Assembly: GCA_029256705.1 (NCBI GenBank)
Contig: JAQSXK010000007.1
Coordinates: 4,606-68,605 of the forward strand
Direction: 5' to 3'
Source of the DNA: Clostridia bacterium
GTDB lineage: Bacteria; Bacillota; Clostridia; TANB77; CAG-465
DNA length: 64,000 bases
The translations under genes were made by a program, and so were the position numbers. Shown piece by piece: positions 58,659 to 64,000 of the stretch (position 1 is its first letter; every line of letters starts with the position of its first letter). The notes below the pieces were generated by a model. The model was not told the DNA's origin, did no database searches, and was given only the letters and a program-made list of their open reading frames with translations.

Positions 58659-58757
58659 GATCACCTCACTTGTTAGTAATTATACAATAGTACAAATGAT
58701 AATAATGTTGAAAGTAGTCGACATTAAAAATTATTTTCAAAATTTTGAAAATAATTT

Positions 58758-59639
58758 TTATTTGCTGAAAATTTCAAAATTTACAGTTTTCTTTTTATGT
58801 GATTTTATTATATCAAGCCATATTGTATCTTCAACGTTTCTCGCTTTTTTAGGGTGAACAAGATATCTTATATATAATTCAATATGATCTTCTACAATAG
58901 ATGTATATATAATTGGTTCTAAATTATTAAAGTATATTCTATAATTTTTACTTGAATCATTTACTTGAGACTTCATTTTACTAGGAATTTCTTGAATAAT
59001 ACTATTTTTTGTAATTATTTCATAAAGCATAGATTTTAACTTGGGAATATCGCTATCCAAAGTTACTTTTAGGTTTATTTCATTCCATATATATTTAAAT
59101 GCCTCAACATAATTTTTTACTGGATGTGTAAATACAATTGAACTTGGTATATGAACTATTCTACCAGTACTTTGTTCCCCATATACTCTATCTCCTATTT
59201 CTAAAACATCAAAACTTGCAGCGTTAATATTTACAACGTCACCTTTTAAACCATTTATTTCTATACGATCTTCTAGCACAAAGGGTTTACTTACTCTAAT
59301 ATATATTCCAGCAAAAAAGTTTAAAATTATTTCTCTTAATGCTATAGCAAAACCAGCTGAAATAAAACTAATAAGAGTCATGAAACTTTTTATATGACTT
59401 TCCCAAATTATAAATACAGCAACTAAAATTAAACTAGTGCATACAATTTGAATTTTTCTATTATATAGATATTTATCTCTTCCTGTTTTATGATTTCTAG
59501 TGTATATTTTAAAGCAAATCACTTTTGCTAATTGTATCGTAGTTATACTGATTAATGTTAACGTAACCAGTTTTATATATTCAGCAGGAATACTTGTTAT
59601 TCCTTCTAAAAAACTACTTAAACTATTTGACCATTTCAT
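58758..59639 (-). CDS. mechanosensitive ion channel, MscS family
   Basis: Three N-terminal TM helices and the 'FFAGIYIRVSKPFVLEDRIEINGLKGDVVNI' beta-domain signature. Confidence 0.75.
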   Translation of the reverse strand: MKWSNSLSSFLEGITSIPAEYIKLVTLTLISITTIQLAKVICFKIYTRNHKTGRDKYLYNRKIQIVCTSLILVAVFIIWESHIKSFMTLISFISAGFAIALREIILNFFAGIYIRVSKPFVLEDRIEINGLKGDVVNINAASFDVLEIGDRVYGEQSTGRIVHIPSSIVFTHPVKNYVEAFKYIWNEINLKVTLDSDIPKLKSMLYEIITKNSIIQEIPSKMKSQVNDSSKNYRIYFNNLEPIIYTSIVEDHIELYIRYLVHPKKARNVEDTIWLDIIKSHKKKTVNFEIFSK

Positions 59640-59744
59640 TTTATCACCTTACATTTCTTTTATTTATAGTATTCTAATATTATTTATTATGATACTTTAT
59701 ATTTCATATTATTTGTTTACTTATTTTTAATTTTCATTTTGGGG

Positions 59745-59784
59745 TAAATAAAGAAACTAGTTAAGAAACTAGTTTCTTTATAAT
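59745..59784 (-). terminator. terminator of the tRNA gene
   Basis: AAAGAAACTAGTT-tctt-AACTAGTTTCTTT read on the minus strand. Confidence 0.55.
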
Positions 59785-59860
59785 TGGTGCACCATCTGGG
59801 ACTCGAACCCAGGACCAATTGCTTAAGAGGCAACTGCTCTACCAACTGAGCTAATGGTAC
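59785..59860 (-). tRNA. tRNA-Lys (anticodon CTT), CCA encoded
   Basis: Manual fold: acceptor GTACCAT/ATGGTGC, D-arm GCTC-AGTTGGTA-GAGC, anticodon stem GTTGC/GCAAT with loop CTCTTAA, T-arm CTGGG-TTCGAGT-CCCAG, discriminator A. Confidence 0.85.
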
Positions 59861-59993
59861 ATCATTAATATTATATCAAAAAAATATATAAAAGTAAATA
59901 AAAAGTCGTTAATTTATGAAAAAAATTATTTATTGCTTGAAATAAGATAATTTATATAGTATTATGATATATGTAATAAAGGGAGTGATTCTT

Positions 59994-61433
59994 TTGAATA
60001 ATAAATATGATTTAATAATAGTTGGGGCAGGTCCAAGTTCAATTTTTCTTGCTTATGAATTGATAGAGCTTAAGGTAAATAAAAAGATTTTGATAATTGA
60101 ACAAGGAAGAAAAATTGAACAAAGATACTGCCCAGCTGAGGGAAGTAAGTGTATAAAATGTAAACCACTTTGCCATATTACAAGTGGATTTTCTGGAGCA
60201 GGAGCTTTTTCAGATGGCAAGCTTTCACTATATAACAAAGATGATGATAAAATAGAAGTAGGAGGAATGATTCATGAATATATAGGTATAAAACATACAA
60301 AAGAATTAATTGACTATACTGACAAAATATATTTAAAATTTGGTGCAGATGAAAAATTAGAAAGAACTGAATACAAAGAAGAAGTTAAAAAGATAGCAGA
60401 TGTTGCAAGTATAAACAATATAGATTTGATTAGTATACCTATAAGACATTTGGGTACAGAAAAAAGTCATGAATTATATAAAAAATTACAAGATTACATT
60501 TTAAACAATAATATAAATATACAATTTGAAACTTCAGTTACAGATTTAATAATTGAAGATAATAGAGTAAAAGGTGTTAAGATTAGATCAACTAAAGATT
60601 TAAAAAATAATAGTTTAGAAGATGAATATTTATATGCAGATAAGGTTGTTTTGGGTATTGGTAGAAAAGGTGCTAATTGGTTATCAGATATGTGTAAAAA
60701 ACATAAAATACATAATAAATCTGGAGTTGTAGATATAGGTGTTAGATATGAACTTCCAGATAGTGTCATGAGTGAAGTTAATAAGTATATGTACGAAGGG
60801 AAATTTGTTGCACATTTAGAACCATATAAAGATAAAGTTAGAACTTTTTGTCAAAATCCTAGTGGTTTTGTATCTAACGAGGTTTATGACAACAATTTAA
60901 CTTTAGTTAATGGACATTCATATAAACATAAGAAAAGTATAAATACTAATCTTGCTATACTTTGTTCACACAGCTTTAATCATCCATTTAATGAACCAAT
61001 AAAATATGGTATGAATGTAGCTGAAAACTCTAATCAGTTAGGTAATGGTAATGTTTTGGTACAAAGACTAGGAGATATACTAAATGGTAAAAGAACATGG
61101 GATTATGAGCTTAGTTCAAATAGTGTGGTTCCTACTTTAACCTCCGCAGTTGCAGGAGATATAACATATGCAATAGGATATAGAACGATGGTAGATATAT
61201 TAGAATTTATTAAAACTATGGATAAAGTAATTCCAGGTTTTGCGAATCCAGATAATCTGCTTTATGGGGTAGAAATTAAGTTTTACTCTAATCAAGTTCT
61301 AATAGATAATAACTTTAAAACAAGTATAGATGGACTTTATTCGATAGGTGATGGTGGGGGTCTTACTCGTGGACTTATGATGGCATCTTGTAGTGGAGTG
61401 CATATGGCAAGATTAATATTTAAGAGTATTTAA
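59994..61433 (+). CDS. FAD-dependent oxidoreductase, COG2509-like
   Basis: 'YDLIIVGAGPSSIFLA' dinucleotide fold plus a 'CPAEGSKCIKCKPLC' Cys cluster; TTG start after AAGGGAGTG. Confidence 0.6.
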   Translation: MNNKYDLIIVGAGPSSIFLAYELIELKVNKKILIIEQGRKIEQRYCPAEGSKCIKCKPLCHITSGFSGAGAFSDGKLSLYNKDDDKIEVGGMIHEYIGIKHTKELIDYTDKIYLKFGADEKLERTEYKEEVKKIADVASINNIDLISIPIRHLGTEKSHELYKKLQDYILNNNINIQFETSVTDLIIEDNRVKGVKIRSTKDLKNNSLEDEYLYADKVVLGIGRKGANWLSDMCKKHKIHNKSGVVDIGVRYELPDSVMSEVNKYMYEGKFVAHLEPYKDKVRTFCQNPSGFVSNEVYDNNLTLVNGHSYKHKKSINTNLAILCSHSFNHPFNEPIKYGMNVAENSNQLGNGNVLVQRLGDILNGKRTWDYELSSNSVVPTLTSAVAGDITYAIGYRTMVDILEFIKTMDKVIPGFANPDNLLYGVEIKFYSNQVLIDNNFKTSIDGLYSIGDGGGLTRGLMMASCSGVHMARLIFKSI

Positions 61434-61620
61434 TATGTATTAAATTTTATAAAATAATAGATAGTACTTGAATTTGTATATTTTTTGTAGTATTATTTAT
61501 ACATGAAATATAGAAAATTATTTATAAATAATTAAATAGCGTAAAGGATATAGTCAATATTTCATATTTGACTATATTTTTTAGTAGAATTTATTAATAA
61601 ATTTACTAGGAGGCATTATA

Positions 61621-62172
61621 TTGAAATCATTTAAAACGGGGCTTGTTGTTGGTAGGTTTCAACATATTCATACAGGTCATGAAAAGCTTATTAACATTGG
61701 ACTTGGCTTGTGTGATAAACTAGTTATATTTGTCACATATAGAGATAATGTAGAAACAAGTAAAAATCCATATAGTGTTGAATATAGAATTAAGTTATTA
61801 AATATAGTATATGAAAAAGAAATAAAAGAAAACAAAATTGTCATATATCCTTTTCAAGATATAAATTTAGAAGATGGAGTAACACATTTATGGGGAAAAT
61901 CTATAATAGATACATATGTAAAATGTATAGGCACTAGACCAGAATGCATAATATATGGAAAAGATAAGAACATAAATAAGTGTTTTGAACCCAATATTGT
62001 ATCTAATATAACTGAAGTTTTTGTAGATAGATTATCACTTAAAATATCTGCTACAGAAATGAGAGGATTTTTAATAAATAATAATTATGAAGAGTGGAAA
62101 AAGTATGCAAATAGTAAAATACATAAAGAGTATGATACTATTAGGAATAAATTAATGAAAGTAGAGGTATAG
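61621..62172 (+). CDS. cytidylyltransferase-like nucleotidyltransferase (HxGH motif; NMN/NaMN adenylyltransferase-like)
   Basis: 'GLVVGRFQHIHTGHEKL' (H/T-x-GH); TTG start after AGGAGG. Confidence 0.6.
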   Translation: MKSFKTGLVVGRFQHIHTGHEKLINIGLGLCDKLVIFVTYRDNVETSKNPYSVEYRIKLLNIVYEKEIKENKIVIYPFQDINLEDGVTHLWGKSIIDTYVKCIGTRPECIIYGKDKNINKCFEPNIVSNITEVFVDRLSLKISATEMRGFLINNNYEEWKKYANSKIHKEYDTIRNKLMKVEV

Positions 62173-62236
62173 TGTCATGATATAATTTGTATAGTTTAAA
62201 TGATTTATTAAAATAATTTGAATGGGGGATTTTAAA

Positions 62237-63493
62237 ATGGAAAATTTGAAAAATTATGATGAAGAAATATTTAATGCTATAGAAAAAGAAAATCAAAGAC
62301 AAAAAAATAACATAGAGCTAATTGCTTCAGAAAACTTTGTATCACAGGCTGTATTAGAAGCAGTAGGAAGTAAACTAACAAATAAATATGCCGAAGGATA
62401 TCCAAATAAAAGGTATTATGGTGGATGTGTTAATATAGATGCTGTTGAAACTTTAGCAATTGAAAGAGCAAAGAAATTATTTAATGCTGAACATGCAAAC
62501 GTACAGCCACATTGTGGTAGTAGCGCTAACATGGGAGTATATATGGCAGTATTACAGCCAGGAGATACAGTTTTAGGTATGGATTTATCTAATGGAGGTC
62601 ATTTAACTCATGGAAGTAAAGTGAGCTTTTCAGGTAAGTTATACAATTTTGTATCATATGGTATAGATAGCAATGGATATATAGATTACAAAGATGTAGA
62701 AGATAAAGCAATAGAATGTAAACCAAAAATGATTGTTGCAGGAGCAAGTGCATATCCAAGATCAATAGATTTTAAAAAATTTAGAGAAATAGCAGATAAA
62801 GTTGGAGCTTATCTTATGGTAGATATGGCACACATTGCAGGACTAGTATGTACAGGTAATCATATGTCACCAGTTCCTTATGCAGATTTTGTGACTTCAA
62901 CTACACATAAAACTTTACGTGGACCACGTGGTGGGCTTATACTTTGTAAAGAAAAATATGCTAAAGATATAGACAAAACAATATTTCCTGGAACTCAAGG
63001 TGGACCATTAGAACATGTTATAGCTGGTAAAGCAGTTTGTTTTAAGGAAGCATTAGAACCAGAATTTAAAAAATACATTGACCAAGTTGTTCTAAATTGT
63101 AGAGTACTTGCAGAAGAATTAATTAAAAGAGGATTTAAATTAGTTTCTGGTGGAACAGATAATCATTTAATGCTACTAGATTTAACTGTTAAAAATTTAA
63201 CTGGTAAAGAGGCTGAACATTTATTAGAAGAAGTTCATATAACATGTAATAAGAATTCAATTCCAAATGATAAAGAAAAACCTACTGTAACAAGCGGAGT
63301 AAGAATTGGGACTGCTGCATGTACTTCAAAAGGTTTGAACGAAAAAGATATGGTACTTTTAGCTAGAGCAATGGAACTTGCACTATCTAAAAATATGAAT
63401 AATATAACAGAAGAAGAATATATAAAGAATAAAGAAGAAGCAAAAAGTATAGTTAAAACATTAACTAAAGGGGTTGAAAATAGTGCCAGATAA
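62237..63493 (+). CDS. glyA: serine hydroxymethyltransferase
   Basis: '[18 protein letters not shown]' and '[12 protein letters not shown]' PLP-lysine region. Confidence 0.95.
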   Translation: MENLKNYDEEIFNAIEKENQRQKNNIELIASENFVSQAVLEAVGSKLTNKYAEGYPNKRYYGGCVNIDAVETLAIERAKKLFNAEHANVQPHCGSSANMGVYMAVLQPGDTVLGMDLSNGGHLTHGSKVSFSGKLYNFVSYGIDSNGYIDYKDVEDKAIECKPKMIVAGASAYPRSIDFKKFREIADKVGAYLMVDMAHIAGLVCTGNHMSPVPYADFVTSTTHKTLRGPRGGLILCKEKYAKDIDKTIFPGTQGGPLEHVIAGKAVCFKEALEPEFKKYIDQVVLNCRVLAEELIKRGFKLVSGGTDNHLMLLDLTVKNLTGKEAEHLLEEVHITCNKNSIPNDKEKPTVTSGVRIGTAACTSKGLNEKDMVLLARAMELALSKNMNNITEEEYIKNKEEAKSIVKTLTKGVENSAR

Positions 63494-64000
63494 ATTAGTA
63501 ATAGTAGAATCACCATCTAAAGCGAAAACTATAAAAAAATATTTAGGAAGTGAATTTGAAGTCATAGCATCACAAGGACATATAATAGATTTGCCTGCAA
63601 GTAAGTTTGGTATTGATGTTGCAGATAATTTTAAACCCGAATATATTACCATGAAGGGTAAAACTAAAATAATTAGTGAAATAAAAAAGGAAGCAAAAGG
63701 TAAAGATATAGTTTATTTAGCAACCGATCCGGATAGAGAGGGTGAGGCTATTGCATGGCATTTAAAAAATTTACTTAAGATTAAAGATGATACTAAATGT
63801 AGAATTGAATTTCATGAAATAACGGAAAGTGCAGTGAAAAAAGCTATAAAATCTGCTAAAAAAGTAGATTTTAATCTGGTAAATGCACAGCAAACTAGAA
63901 GAGTTTTAGATAGAATAGTTGGATATAAGATTAGTCCATTACTTTGGAAAAAAATTAAAAAAGGATTAAGTGCAGGTAGAGTCCAATCAGTTGCTCTAAA
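63481..64000 (+). CDS. topA: DNA topoisomerase I (type IA), N-terminal Toprim part; continues beyond the window
   Basis: GTG start; '[18 protein letters not shown]...[13 protein letters not shown]' Toprim signature. Not in the ORF track because there is no ATG and no stop. Confidence 0.7.

Overview
This is a low-GC (about 27%) Firmicutes chromosome segment, almost certainly a spore-forming Clostridium-like organism. The conserved origin-proximal block dnaX(3' end)-ybaB-recR ... bofA is present, along with many sporulation genes: sleB-ypeB, a LysM/DUF3794 SipL-like gene, yunB, spoVAC/AD/AE, and CotF- and DUF1657-like small genes. Housekeeping content includes a WalRK-like two-component pair plus tatD, rplM-rpsI, an alpha-glucan phosphorylase, mreB-like, corA, pcrA, murF-ddl, a Mini-RNase III gene, glyA, the topA 5' end and one tRNA-Lys(CTT). 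A 13 kb block (44.9-57.4 kb) is a peptide-antibiotic resistance/export island: PadR+DUF2812, two ABC systems (one an ABC-2 permease fused to a CPBP/CAAX-protease domain), and a BceRS/BceAB-type module. The most unusual feature is a ~7 kb tandem array (about 17.3-24.2 kb) of at least six small gene cassettes downstream of rpsI and convergent with it. Each cassette carries its own sigma-A promoter, a conserved leader/RBS, variable cargo gene(s), a homologous terminator, a duplicated copy of the rpsI 3' end (TTATCTCTTTGA[AAATTGT]) and a GTATATTA-containing quasi-palindromic motif. Cargo includes XRE+membrane protein, DUF1697, and a two-gene module with an Rx4H HEPN-like protein. No recombinase is encoded nearby. 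Also notable: a murD paralogue translationally coupled to a PP-loop ATPase-like gene behind a structured leader, and a GC-rich orphan gene flanked by terminators.
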